42,050 nt of DNA from Octopus bimaculoides (GCF_001194135.2 NC_068989.1:46340317-46382366); one strand, 5' to 3'. Shown: positions 10,964-22,639, counted from the first letter of the stretch. The notes: a model not told the origin generated them from the letters alone. Numbers and translations: made by a program.

Positions 10964-11610
10964 TAAGCTTGGAATCAGCCGAGCGACCGGTTTTTACTGA
11001 CGACTTTACGGAAATAGCCGAAATTGATCGCTCAGTATAAGGAATTCTCGATCAGTGTTTTGGGCGAATATAGTCCCTCTCAGCATATATGCAAACAATT
11101 ACGTTTACAGCATGAAAGCATTGTAGCTCTTATTTCTAGCAATAAGGGTGTTCTCACATCCTCTGTCACATTTAGTGATATTTATAGTCTTCAAGTTTGG
11201 TTACACATTACGCTTAGTTATTTATATTAATGTTTGTATACACATTAGCGATTCGCTAAATCATCCATAAATTTTTATCATCCATAAATTTTTATCATCC
11301 ATAAATTATATATGCTGAGAGAGCACTAAGCCCGGAATCAGCCGAGCAAGCCGTCCTTACTGTTAACGCTACGGAAATAGCCGAAACTGATCAATATAAG
11401 GAATTCTCGACGGTGTTTGGGCGATTATAGTCCCCCTCAACAGATACGTATTCAATTATGTGCTTTAACTACAGCAAGGTAGCATTTTACCTCTTATTTC
11501 TAGCAAAATAGGTGTTCTAACATCCTTTGTCACATTTAATGACATTTATAGTTTTCCTTTTTGGTAACACATTGCGCATGGCTGTTAATATTAATTTATT
11601 TGTTTATATG
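10964..11610. repeat. Diverged tandem duplication (offset 363 bp) with a 17-bp triplet repeat between the units
   Basis: ggaatcagccgagc...tacggaaatagccgaaa.tgatc...tataaggaattctcga...ctcttatttctagcaa...tgtcacattta at 10971 and 11334. atcatccataaattttt occurs three times at 11260-11307. Confidence 0.9.
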
Positions 11611-12509
11611 TATGTGTGCGTGCGCGTGCGCATGCGCGTGTATAGCATTGATAATTTTATACCTGCAGCTTGTATTTATAAGGGTTAATATAGCGGTCAA
11701 GCTACGTCTCAATATCACGCTTGTCAAGCGAAACTTAATGTAAACGCCATCTTTAATTACAATATGGTAATTCATTCATTGTATAAAGTAGAACATTGGA
11801 TCTTCACCACCTGCTAATGTTGTTAAAGTTTGTAATAATTTATGAACACCATTCATAACGGAAACGTCAATTAAAAACTATCATTATTTTTGTTTATTTA
11901 GTTGTTTTTCATCCAGTCAATATATAATTGATATGGTGTTACCCGAAATTACTATTTATTTGGTTCATCACCTTGCTATTTCTTTTGCCACTACAGTGCA
12001 TTTTGATCTGTGAAACTGGTTGATTTCTTGCCTTCCTAAATTGCCACTGTTGAAGAGAGGCATGAACAACAATGATCTCACAAGTTACAAACCTTTTCGC
12101 CAGCTTCAATATATTCTTAAAATATAGTTTTTAACTTTGCATCATTGGATACTTTCAGGGATAATTTATATCTGTTCCTGACTTCGGGTAAAAACCTTTT
12201 TAGTTTAACGGGATAACAACAGAGCATCAGAGTGAATTCAAACTAAAAACCTTTGCTTTATGTTTGGGGAGAGTCATATTGTCGCAACGCCTTATTATCT
12301 AACACACTTAACAGTTCGATTCCAACTCATCTATTATTTATATTTTTCTTCCAAAATTTTCTTTGCTTTTGCAACCTTGTCAATGGATGTTGACTCTCTT
12401 TATATTGTGGTTTAGAGGTAAACTGCTGGAAAAATTATAGCATTGTCAATGAAATCGCTTCTCCGGTATCTAGACACTTACAGAAGGCTGAATTGAATAT
12501 AATGAAAGT

Positions 12510-12755
12510 AAAGGTTACCTTCTCGAGTCATATCGACTCATAAGGAGCCGGTTTCCAGGTTTCCATGGCGTACAAATTCCCCTCGGGATGCTGGTCCGTC
12601 GCAGGATTACTCATTTTTGCTAGCAGAGTGGACTGGAGCAACGTGGAATGAAGTATTTTGCTCAAGAACATAACCCGTTGCCCGGTCCAGGTATCGAAAC
12701 AAGAATCTTAAGCTCATGAGTCCAATAGCCTAACCACTAAGCCACGCACCTCCAC
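12510..12755 (-). mobile_element. tRNA-derived SINE, second family (short, stem-loop tail)
   Basis: Minus: gtggaggtgcgtggcttagtggttagg (A box) ...gtttcgatacc (B box) ...ttcttgagcaaaatacttca (CORE-like) ...gagtc-gatat-gactc hairpin near the 3' end. Confidence 0.85.
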
Positions 12756-13154
12756 AATTAAATGTAATAACTATAACATAATGCATTTACCTGCCTACAA
12801 TCAGATTGACAATAAATCTGTCTTTACCTCTCACTTGCATCTGAGGAAGTGCAAGAATCCGATACTTTAGATTATTCACTTCTCATGGAAATTTCATTAA
12901 TTCCATTTAACTGCCATGTGAAATTACAATTAACGTTCAGAACAACAGTTCATTGAAAGAAAGCGCATTCTATACAAGCAAAATGCAAAAGAAAAATGCG
13001 GGGGAACGAAATCAGTAAGTAAAGAAATAAAGAGTCGTGTACACACCCTTAATTCTACATCACTTGAGGCGCTAGTAGCATTGTTCTCTAGAACTTTTTA
13101 GACACCCCCAAAGAACGCGAACCGGATGATTTCAAGTGTGTGTGTGTGTGTATC

Positions 13155-15029
13155 GGTGTCAGAAAATTCGGTTCCGAAAATATTGATCCCAGACGTTATT
13201 AATATACTTCTTATGTAAACATTGATGTAAGTAATCAGTATAAATGGGAAACAAAATAGAATAATAATTTTATTAATAAAAGTATCAAAATCACATGTAT
13301 AATCCAGCAGAAAAATAAGGGTAGCTCGTGTTTAAACCATTAAAAATACATATGTGATATTTCCTTTTATCCAACATATTAAGCAAACAACTAGAAAAAT
13401 AGATCTGAGAACCTTCTGTCCCTGAAAATTAAACCGAAAAATTTAATGAATGTACAATTGCCTTTAGGTATGTTAATTTATCGTTACTGTCATAAGATTG
13501 CAAAAGGTTTTTTATCCGCGTATCTATTGACTGCTATTTCCTATATTTCTGTAGATTACTTCCTCATTGTGCATGAATTATTTTGGCCTGTGTAAGGAAT
13601 TCTTCTTTTCGAAGAGCATCAATAAGTTTCCAGGTATTTGGGTACTTGCTTGTTATTGATGTGCGCAATGCTGAGTGAAGCCCCTCAAGAGCATTGTTTG
13701 TCCGAGGCAATTCCTGAATTACTCGACTGTAAACATTCCAAAAATTAACTTGATACAAGGGCTCTTCTCGTTTGCCACGTCTTGCTTTCTTCGGTGCAAT
13801 GTGCGTCAGCTCGAAATAGCTTATGATATCTACTGGAATTGATTCGTCCTCATAAAGATTTTCATAATATCTATTGCTTCTTCTAGTGGTAAAAATGCCA
13901 GTGTGCAGAGCATTTTTATTTTAGTGGCAAAAGAAACATCGGTACTTTATTGAACTTTATATCCGAGTTGACATAGTTTCCTAGAAACTGTCTGGCAAAA
14001 ATTAAATAAGAAACCTACGCTGGTGCTTCCAGTAAAGTTATGGTCACAGTTATTACGAACTTCCTGTTCAAAGTCAATCAATAATTGACAATATTGGGCC
14101 GCAATTTTTTATTTCAAGGAAAGTCGTCATATGTTGCTTGTGTTTTGTACGGCAGTAGAATGAAAGCTCGAGGATAAGATCTACCATTTATAATAGCATG
14201 AATGGTGAAAAGCTGATACCATGCACTTGGTGGTGAATTGAATGTGCCATCCATTCCTAAAGATAAGGTGTTTTCCAGTTGTTGAAGAACCTTCGTTACA
14301 GGCAAAGATTAAAATCCTCTTTTCATCATTACTGCCTGTGTTGCATTGCAGGAACAAATCACTGTCTTCCAAAGATTTAAAAGAATCAGACACTTGAAAT
14401 CCAGTTCGATGAAGAGACAATGGAGGAGCACCGAACGCTTTATTGCGCCAGTTTGTAATACTTCTAGAAACTGTTTGCAACCGTGGTTATTCATATTTTG
14501 CATTCTCACTAATATTTGTAGTTTCTGAAACAAGCACTCGAGTACTTGTTTCAATTCCATCTTGCAACTTTTTTTAATGCTGAAATGGCGAATTGTGCTT
14601 CCACTGCATTCGGTGCTGGTTAATGACTATTGATTGTTGAAATAATTAGAGGTTCACCTGGTTTATTCTCTTAATGAATACGAGCACGACATCTATTGCA
14701 AATCTCAAAGCGCCACCGTTTCCTTGTCTCATTGGCACTAAATTTATGAAAGTCGTAAACATAATTAAGTTCATCAATCAATTTGTCTTTGTTTTTCTCA
14801 CTATTAAAATATTTTGCAGCCATATTAGAGTTTCTTAAAATTGGAAATATTTATTATCCTTGGACGAAATGAGGTGTGGGCGAATAGACTCTATAGTGGG
14901 TGAAATGACCGGATACCGATTTGAAAAATTGTCCAGGACCAAATTTATTGGAATCAAATTTTCGGGACCGAATTTTCCGAGACCGAATTTTCGGGACTGA
15001 ATTTTCCGGGACCGAATTTTTCTAGCACC
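13155..15029 (-). mobile_element. Mutator-like element (MULE) with TIRs, decayed
   Basis: Left end ggtgtcagaaaattcggttccgaaaatattgatccc is inverted relative to right end (minus) ggtgctagaaaaattcggtcccg...aaaatttgattcc. The ends enclose a MULE transposase remnant. No clean TSD. Confidence 0.85.
13564..14823 (-). pseudogene. MULE DDE transposase pseudogene with N-terminal FLYWCH/WRKY-like zinc finger
   Basis: From the ATG at 14823: MAAKYFNSEKNKDKLIDELNYVYDFHK..RKRWRFEICNRCRARIH*..SH; then RILIFA, GMDGTFNSPPSAWYQLFTIHA..PRAFILLPYKTQATY, IDFEQ (about 14064-14078), and PRTNNALEGLHSAL..PNTWKLIDALRKEE. Multiple stops and frameshifts. Confidence 0.92.
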
Positions 15030-15067
15030 ACATATATCATAAACATATGCATGTTTATATAGATATA

Positions 15068-15281
15068 CAGGGTGGCCCAAAAGTAGGTTTACAGTTATCA
15101 CGTAGGCACTTTAAATTTCTTTCGAAACATTATATTACATTTAAATTTCTATCTTACAGTTACTTAAATTAGCATAGAATAATGGTTTCATATTTTTGTT
15201 TATAATTACGATCTAAACTGTTAATATATGAATGCGAAAGAGATAGTTGAAAAACTGTAAACCTACAATTGGGCCACCCTA
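15068..15281. mobile_element. Tc1/mariner-type MITE (214 bp), 29-bp TIRs, TA duplication
   Basis: TA|cagggtggcccaaaagtaggtttacagtt ... aactgtaaacctacaattgggccacccta|TA. Confidence 0.92.
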
Positions 15282-15298
15282 TATGTATACGTGCATGT

Positions 15299-15299
<1 letters not shown>

Positions 15300-15364
<65 letters not shown>

Positions 15365-15378
15365 GTCTGTCTGTTGGC

Positions 15379-15428
<50 letters not shown>
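15300..15428. repeat. (TATC)n + (TG)n microsatellites
   Basis: Read directly from the sequence; similar compound blocks occur at 16110-16250 and 16370-16700. Confidence 0.95.
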
Positions 15429-15429
<1 letters not shown>

Positions 15430-16111
15430 AGAGAGCTGAAACTTCAGCCTATTCTGAGTCATTCGCATCTGTTTATCTCAAACTAATAATCACTACAAAA
15501 AGAGCAACAAGGGATGGAAATAACAATAGTAGCGTATTTAAAAACTCACCGAATAAATATAATTTCTTGAAATAAACTTAACTACGTATAGCATGTAAGT
15601 CTTTTTCATTTCGTTTCTAAATCCAAAAGTTTAGATGATACAAGCAAACTCATACAGAATAAAATAATTCCGTATTATATTAGATTAAGCAATCTTTTGC
15701 ATTTTACAAAACAGAAGCACAGTCGGGACTCTGAGATATATTTCACTATCCGTATCCGTATAAAATGCCAAATATCTCCTCAAGATTTCATGCGGTGGTT
15801 TTAGCCTCGAGCAACTACAGTTTACGTTCAGTAGGGCTATACATAGTTGTTTTTCTTCGCATCAGTATAAAGATGTTTTCAGCAATAGTTCTTTCACCTA
15901 TACAACACACGTATATGAGGCCATAACATAGAATCATAGATTTAAGCAATTTCAATAGAATAAATATTCTACAAACAAACATTGAAATGTCAAAATAGAA
16001 AGAATATCACTGGCCTCCAGTTACATTTCGGTCGGCGAACTATATATTTGAAACGTCTATCACGTTTCTGCTGTGTATAGTGATACGTGTATGTGTGTAT
16101 ATTTGTGTGTG

Positions 16112-16186
<75 letters not shown>

Positions 16187-16202
16187 GTCTGACTGATTAT
16201 CT

Positions 16203-16253
<51 letters not shown>

Positions 16254-16380
16254 CACGTGTATACATTTGTGTATTTGTACGTGGAGAAGAAGCATATTTG
16301 TGTGTTTACACGTAAGTTCTTGAGTGTGTTTACATGCATATATAGATATAGTATATGTATGTAAGCGTATATATCTATCA

Positions 16381-16484
<104 letters not shown>

Positions 16485-17020
16485 GTGTGTGTGTGTGTGT
16501 GTGTGCGCGCGCGCGTGTGTGTGCGTGTGTATCTATGTGTGTAAATGTGTGTGTGTAAATGTGTGAGTGTGTGTATGTATATGCACATAAAATATATATG
16601 CATGTATGTAGATAGATAGATAGATAGATAGATTGACAGATTGAGAGCGAGAGAGAGAGAGAGAGAGGGGGGGAGAGAGTGAGAGAGAAAGAGAGAGATA
16701 TATACATATAGTAATGTTTGTGTTCATAGACGTGTATGCAAAATGAAACTCCCACGCACAAAGTATTTTTTTATTTATCAAATGCCTAGTAACTATAGAA
16801 TAACTGCATTATCCAAAACCTCATAAAACGGGGCACAGCATTTAATCCGTTCAACCATAAACTGGCATTAATAGCATACAAGAAAATATTAAAATTTTAA
16901 AAAAAGCAACATATCACTAACAAGCCGCATGTATATAAGCCCCTAGAGAATCTATCTAATAGCAAACCTGACTTATATATTTTGCTGCACATGTATGAGT
17001 TGTCAATTTTAGGTCTCCAG

Positions 17021-17225
17021 AAAGTAGCGAGCTGGCAGAATCGTTAGCACGTTGGGAAAAAATGCTTAGCGGCATTTAGTCCACTTTTACGTTCTGAGTT
17101 CAAATTCCTCCGAGGTTGACTTTGCTTTTCATCCTTTCGGCGTCGATAAAGTAAGTACCAGTTGAGCATTGGGCTCGATGTAATCGACTCAGCCTCTCAC
17201 TTTGACTTGCAGGCCTTGAGCTAAA
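17021..17225 (+). mobile_element. SINE, third family (gcgagctggcagaa head; Meta-domain-like core)
   Basis: agcgagctggcagaatcgttagc...gagttcaaattcc.ccgaggttgactttgcttttcatcctttcgg.gtcgataaa.taagtacc. The core resembles the published MetaSINE domain from memory; not verified. Confidence 0.8.
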
Positions 17226-17289
17226 ATTTAAAATCAATTTTAGGTTTCCAAATACCTATACAATATTTCCTGCCGGCCTACAATGCACC

Positions 17290-18568
17290 TAATCCATACT
17301 GGAATTTTTCTCAGTCGGACAAGATCATTGTAGTTCGGGCTTCCGCCGCTAAAAGCCACTTGGTGCGACCATCAGGCATCAGTCTGCCGACCGACGTTGT
17401 CTAGTGGGTTCATACTGCCGTGTGGTGCATCTTTGTTTTGCAGTACTTCTCTCCAGTTCGTCGATTTTTGCGTTGGCTGAAAGGAAAGAACAGTGTGTTT
17501 CCAAGAAATTCTGTTCTCTGCTGGGGAAAACGAGGGCCGAAACAGTTGTCATTCTTCAAACGGCTCACAAGGCCTCACCCATGAGCAAAACACAACTTTA
17601 CGAGTGGTTTTCACACTTTACATATGGTCACTTGTCGCTTGAGGACCAGCCTGGTTCAGGGCGACCGAACGAATGAAAACATCATGAAAATTGATGAACT
17701 GATCTTGGAGGACCGTTATCGAACAATTTACGAAATTGTTGATACGACTGAAGTGTCCTGGAGCTCCTGCCAACGAAGTGTGAGCTAGGAATTGCACATA
17801 AAAAAAGTTGCAGTAAAATTTGTGCCTCACTTGCTCACAGAAGATCAAAAGCAGTTACAACTGAATGTGTGTCGTGAACTGAAAGACAAGCTGGAAGTTG
17901 ATCAAAACCTTTTTTCGAGCGTAATTACTGGTAACGAAAGCTGGTGCTACGGAATTTGTACATGTGGAAGAGGTGAAGTAAAAAAACGATGTAGGCGTTA
18001 AACGGCATCACTTTGCAAGAGTTCCAGGACTGCTTCCGACAGTGTAAAACGCATCTGGACCGATGTATTGCTACAAATGGAGAATACTTTGAAGGAGATA
18101 AAAGTGTAAATGTGTAAAACTTTTATTGGATATGTAAAACTGTGGAGGCGCAATGGCCCAGTGGTTAGGGCAGCGGACTCGTGGTCATAGGATCGCGGTT
18201 TCGATTCCCAGACCGGGCGTTGTGAGTGTTTATTGAACGAAAACACCTAAAGCTCCACCAGGCTCCGGCAGGGGATGGTGGCGAACCCTGCTATACGCCA
18301 CAACTTTCTCTCACTCTTACTTCCTGTTTCTGTTGTGCTTGTAATTCAAAGGGCCAGCCTTGTCACACTGTGTCACGCTGAATATCCCCTGTGTCACGCT
18401 GAATATCTCCTGTGTCATGCTGAATATCATGAGCAGGCTGTTCCGTTGATCGGATCAACTGGAACTCTCGACGTCGTAAGCGAGGGAGTGCCAACAATAA
18501 CAAAATGTAAAACTAAATGAATAAAATAATATCGCAAAATGCCGGCTTCTTTTGGCCACTTCCTCATA
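17290..18568 (+). mobile_element. Internally deleted mariner element, interrupted by a SINE
   Basis: Frameshifted translation: EQCVSKKFCSLLGKTRAETVVILQTAH..SKTQLYEWFSHF..LEDQPGSGRP..KFVPHLLTEDQK..VITGNESWCYG, joined directly to C-terminal ..CIATNGEYFEGD. The second and third catalytic Asp regions are deleted at about 17952. The 3' TIR-like end is ccggcttcttttggccacttcctca|TA (18568). The 5' TIR is not clear. Confidence 0.9.
18142..18504 (+). mobile_element. tRNA-derived SINE, fourth family, with 10-bp TSD
   Basis: gtggaggcgcaatggcccagtggttagg (A box)...ggtttcgattccc (B box); (ACA)-rich tail. atgtaaaact flanks it at 18132-18141 and 18505-18514. An internal 21-bp unit is triplicated at 18368-18428. 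Confidence 0.92.
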
Positions 18569-18702
18569 CACTTCACCTTACACGAGGAAGTATTAGAAAA
18601 TAATTTATGTATACTATATTTGATGAGCTACACAAATTATTGAATGAATGTAATGCTTATAGCAAAAAAGAGTATAAAAATATAACAAATCATTACACAC
18701 AC

Positions 18703-18818
18703 CTGATGAAAAAATATGACTGACGTGCAGGCATTTTGAGAGTCTTTCAGAAATTCTATTAATGATCTCATTGGTCCACAGAATTGATAGGGATTCCTCG
18801 CTGCAGAGTCGGCATCTC
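18703..18818 (-). CDS. Candidate 116-bp internal exon of an unidentified host gene
   Basis: Acceptor tctttttcaatatcatttccag| and donor cag|gtgtgt in unique sequence. Open in two frames; phase 1 gives (G)DADSAARNPYQFCGPMRSLIEFLKDSQNACTSVIFFHQ. No homologue recognised. Confidence 0.3.
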
Positions 18819-19149
18819 CTGGAAATGATATTGAAAAAGATGCCTGGAAAAGATGCCTGAACGCATATAAATTTACTTTTGCACAATGCATTAGGAATGA
18901 ATTTGGATAACTGTTAACATAATTTACCTTAAGGTATGTCTGAATTAAGTTTAGCTTTAATCTGCACATCTTTATAAACACCAAGTAGCTATTCAACTCG
19001 CTTTGTGATCGAGTGTCACCAAACCACAGGTGTGCGTATGCTTACATTTTTGTGGATGCTTGTATGAGCGATTGTACACGCACCATGCAGCTTGCGCGAG
19101 GGCGTTTATACATCCATATCTGTCAACGGTTATTTTTAATACCTTTCTC

Positions 19150-19230
19150 ATAGTATTAACCTGATGTTAAGTGTCCCACCTGTGAGGGATCGATGCTAGG
19201 TGACTCGAAACAATTGTCGTGATTATTAAA
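19150..19230 (+). ncRNA. Putative Penelope-type (type I, minimal loop 3) hammerhead ribozyme, mutated core
   Basis: CTGATG(T) at 19161-19167, stem II ends agt/act with cacct/aggtg inside, GAAA at 19207-19210, C-AATT-G palindromic loop 3, GTC triplet at 19216-19218, and partial stem I (atagtattaac / gtgattattaa). A9 and G10.1 appear substituted. Confidence 0.55.
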
Positions 19231-19279
19231 AATTCTCGTATATTCCATCTTCCGTCTATCATTTACCATATATATAGGA

Positions 19280-20090
19280 GGGTATTGTAGATCACTGGAT
19301 CACTATCACTACTTGACTTCCAACTGAATATAACGGAAGAAGGGGAGATCCACACAGTTCTACAGGAAAGCAGCCAGTAGAGATATGTTTGTCCAGTACA
19401 ATTCAGCGCTTCCACTCGGTGCCAAATTAGGATACGCCAGAAATGAACTTGCACGCATCCAGGATAAGTGCAGCAGGACAGAGGACAAGATGACCCACAC
19501 TACACGCTTCCTGGATATATTGAAAACCAACGGGTATCCCAGATCCATTGTAAATCGGCTTAAGTACCCAGGACGACCAACACGCCGAACACATAGAAGG
19601 CCCAGCAACAAATGCTTCCTTAAAATACCTAATTTTAGCGAGAGTATAACTACAGCCATCCGAAGAGCCATAAGAAGAGAAGGGCTAGACATACAACTAA
19701 CCCAATCCGGCCCCTCTCTGAGAAGACACCTCGCAAAGAAACGATCAAGGGACAACAATCAATGCACACTAACAAACTGTCCCATCCGTGACACAGATTT
19801 ATGCTAAAGGATAAATGTTGTGTATAGAATACAATGTAACAAATGCAACAAGTTTTATGTGGGTAGCACAAACCGTTACACTTCGCATCAAAGAACATCT
19901 GAACACGAGAGCTTCCTCCGTCAGAAAACATCTAGGCAGATGCCGGAACACCGACAAAAGCATAATAGTCACAATTGAAGCCAATGAAAGAAATTTGGGT
20001 AATTTAAGAATTAAGGAAGCTATACTCATACACAGACTAGGGCCCCAAATTAACAAAAGGCTGGAGGCTGGTAATCAATATATTATTTAG
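19280..20090 (+). pseudogene. Penelope-like element: RT C-terminus/thumb plus GIY-YIG endonuclease, 5'-truncated and frameshifted
   Basis: GSLSLLDF..(Y)RKAASRDMFVQYNSALP..NELARI..LKTNGYP..FLKIPNFSE..; then Cys-rich linker CTLTNCPIRDTDLC; VVYRIQCNKCNKFYVGST..RIKEHL..RKHL..LRIKEAILIHRLGPQIN (GIY-YIG). Confidence 0.92.
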
Positions 20091-21311
20091 CTACATCTGG
20101 ATGCGTGAAGGTTCATTTTTGATAACATGCTCATGTAATGTTTATGAAAAAAGAAAAAAAAAAGGAGAAAAAAAATGAAAAGCGAAAAGAAAAAGGAAGC
20201 TGCACGTATAACACATAACTTAGAAGCAGCCCTACTGATGTGCCAGCACACACGAGATTGAGACATGGCCGACCTCACGCACTTCTCATGAGGAATTCCG
20301 GAAGGAGCTTCGTGAGACCACTGCTGAGAAGCTTCCGGAAAAAAAGACAGAAAAGCCGTTGGAAAACCGATTATAGCCGCGACACCATCAATTCCTAGGG
20401 ATATCTGAAGAAGGAATTTAAATTACAACAGTTATTATAGTCCATTGTTTGTATTATAATGCATTATTGTGTCATTCAAAACATTTTATGCTTTACAAAC
20501 CATGTATATATATGTATATATATATATATNNNNNNNNNNNNNNNNNNNNNNNNNNNNNNNNNNNNNNNNNNNNNNNNNNNNNNNNNNNNNNNNNNNNNNN
20601 NNNNNNNNNNNNNNNNNNNNNNNNNNNNNNNNNNNNNNNNNNNNNNNNNNNNNNNNNNNNNNNNNNNNNNNNNNNNNNNNNNNNNNNNNNNNNNNNNNNN
20701 NNNNNNNNNNNNNNNNNNNNNNNNNNNNNNNNNNNNNNNNNNNNNNNNNNNNNNNNNNNNNNNNNNNNNNNNNNNNNNNNNNNNNNNNNNNNNNNNNNNN
20801 NNNNNNNNNNNNNNNNNNNNNNNNNNNNNNNNNNNNNNNNNNNNNNNNNNNNNNNNNNNNNNNNNNNNNNNNNNNNNNNNNNNNNNNNNNNNNNNNNNNN
20901 NNNNNNNNNNNNNNNNNNNNNNNNNNNNNNNNNNNNNNNNNNNNNNNNNNNNNNNNNNNNNNNNNNNNNNNNNNNNNNNNNNNNNNNNNNNNNNNNNNNN
21001 NNNNNNNNNNNNNNNNNNNNNNNNNNNNNNNNNNNNNNNNNNNNNNNNNNNNNNNNNNNNNNNNNNNNNNNNNNNNNNNNNNNNNNNNNNNNNNNNNNNN
21101 NNNNNNNNNNNNNNNNNNNNNNNNNNNNNNNNNNNNNNNNNNNNNNNNNNNNNNNNNNNNNNNNNNNNNNNNNNNNNNNNNNNNNNNNNNNNNNNNNNNN
21201 NNNNNNNNNNNNNNNNNNNNNNNNNNNNNNNNNNNNNNNNNNNNNNNNNNNNNNNNNNNNNNNNNNNNNNNNNNNNNNNNNNNNNNNNNNNNNNNNNNNN
21301 NNNNNNNNNNN

Positions 21312-21342
<31 letters not shown>

Positions 21343-21343
<1 letters not shown>

Positions 21344-22385
21344 TCAGGCGTCAGACGAATACTTACAGTGCGGCGTCTACTTAAAGGAAAAAAGCCAGAA
21401 AGCTTGAAGCGGTTTAACTGTCTGGTGATTTCTCAAACGCTTTTGACTCTATCCACTGTGGTAAAATGGAAAAAAATTCTACTGGTTTATGGTATACCTG
21501 AGGAAAAAAAAACAGCAGTAAATATGATGCTTTATAACAGCATCAAATCAATGGTAAGTTCCCCAGATGGAGAAACAAGTTTCTTTGTTATCAGAGCTGG
21601 AGTACTCCAGGGGACACATTGGCACCTTTTCTACCTGTAATCACTCTGGGTTATGTCTTCAGAACATCAGTTAACAATCTAACCATCCCCGGTTTCACAC
21701 TCACGAAAGAATTGATCGAACATCCAGGCCAAGGATAGCCGTTGTAGACTATGCTGGTGAATTAACCTTGCTCTCTGGCACAATATCAAACTCCACCCAA
21801 TTATTTTCTAGTCTAGAATTAACTGTACGTGATGTTGGACTGCGTCCTAATCCTAGTAGAACCAAATGCATTGCTCACAATCAAGAACGGCCCATCACCA
21901 ACATCTGCAGATATACCATCAATTACGTTGATGATTTGACATACATCAGTTCTGAAATAGCCTCAAATGAAAAGGATGTAAAAACTCGAACAGCCAAAGC
22001 ATGATAAGTCCTAAACAACCTGGATGTTGTTTGGAGATGAACTCTGCCAGGCAACCTTAAAGGGAATTTTTTTTCCGTACAACAATAAAATCAGTCCTTT
22101 TATATGGAGTAACAACCTGGACGCTTACGAAGAAAAAAACTGGAATCCAAGTTAGATGGAACATGCACCCGAATTTTAAGAATACTCTGAAACATATCTT
22201 GAAGAATTCATCCAACCAAGAAGCAGCTGTATGGAGATCTGCTTGTTTCCAACATTATAAGGGGAAAGAACTTGCTCTTTTCTAGATATTGCTGGCGAGC
22301 TAATCAAGAGCAGGCAAGTAACCAACTGCTATGGATGCCAAAGCATGACCGTACTCCAGCAGGTCGTCCGAACACAACTCATCAG
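21343..22385 (+). pseudogene. RTE-clade LINE reverse transcriptase remnant
   Basis: Frameshifted pieces: ILTVRRLL..DFSNAFDSIH..KMEKILLVYGIP..GVLQGDTLAPFL..DYAGEL (YADD motif)..VGLRPNPSRTK..TYISSEIASNEKDVKTR..SVLLYGVTTWTLT..LDGTCTRILR..YCWR..LLWMP..GRP. Confidence 0.93.
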
Positions 22386-22639
22386 AGCAAAAGCAAATTT
22401 CTTCCTCACCACCTCACCATCACCACCAAAAATGTATTTCTCTTCCAAAGAGAAAGTGGATTTATCTCTTTCTATCACATGTTTATAAGAATGTATCGAG
22501 ACACTATGTTGTCACAAAACTGTTAAAACTTTAAGAACTTGATCAATCTGCGACTAAAACGTGGATTTAATTTCATTTTATACAAACTTTGTTTTTCTTC
22601 TTTTGGAATTCAGAAAGGTATATACAAATAACTTCTTTT

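Noticed and set aside
12870-13020. Splice-site-like signals on both strands in unique sequence
   Set aside because: The minus candidate has stops in all frames; the plus 74-bp candidate has a weak acceptor and an unrecognisable peptide.
19360-20056. Minus-strand ORFs of 132, 93 and 85 aa
   Set aside because: Antisense to the Penelope RT/GIY-YIG remnant.
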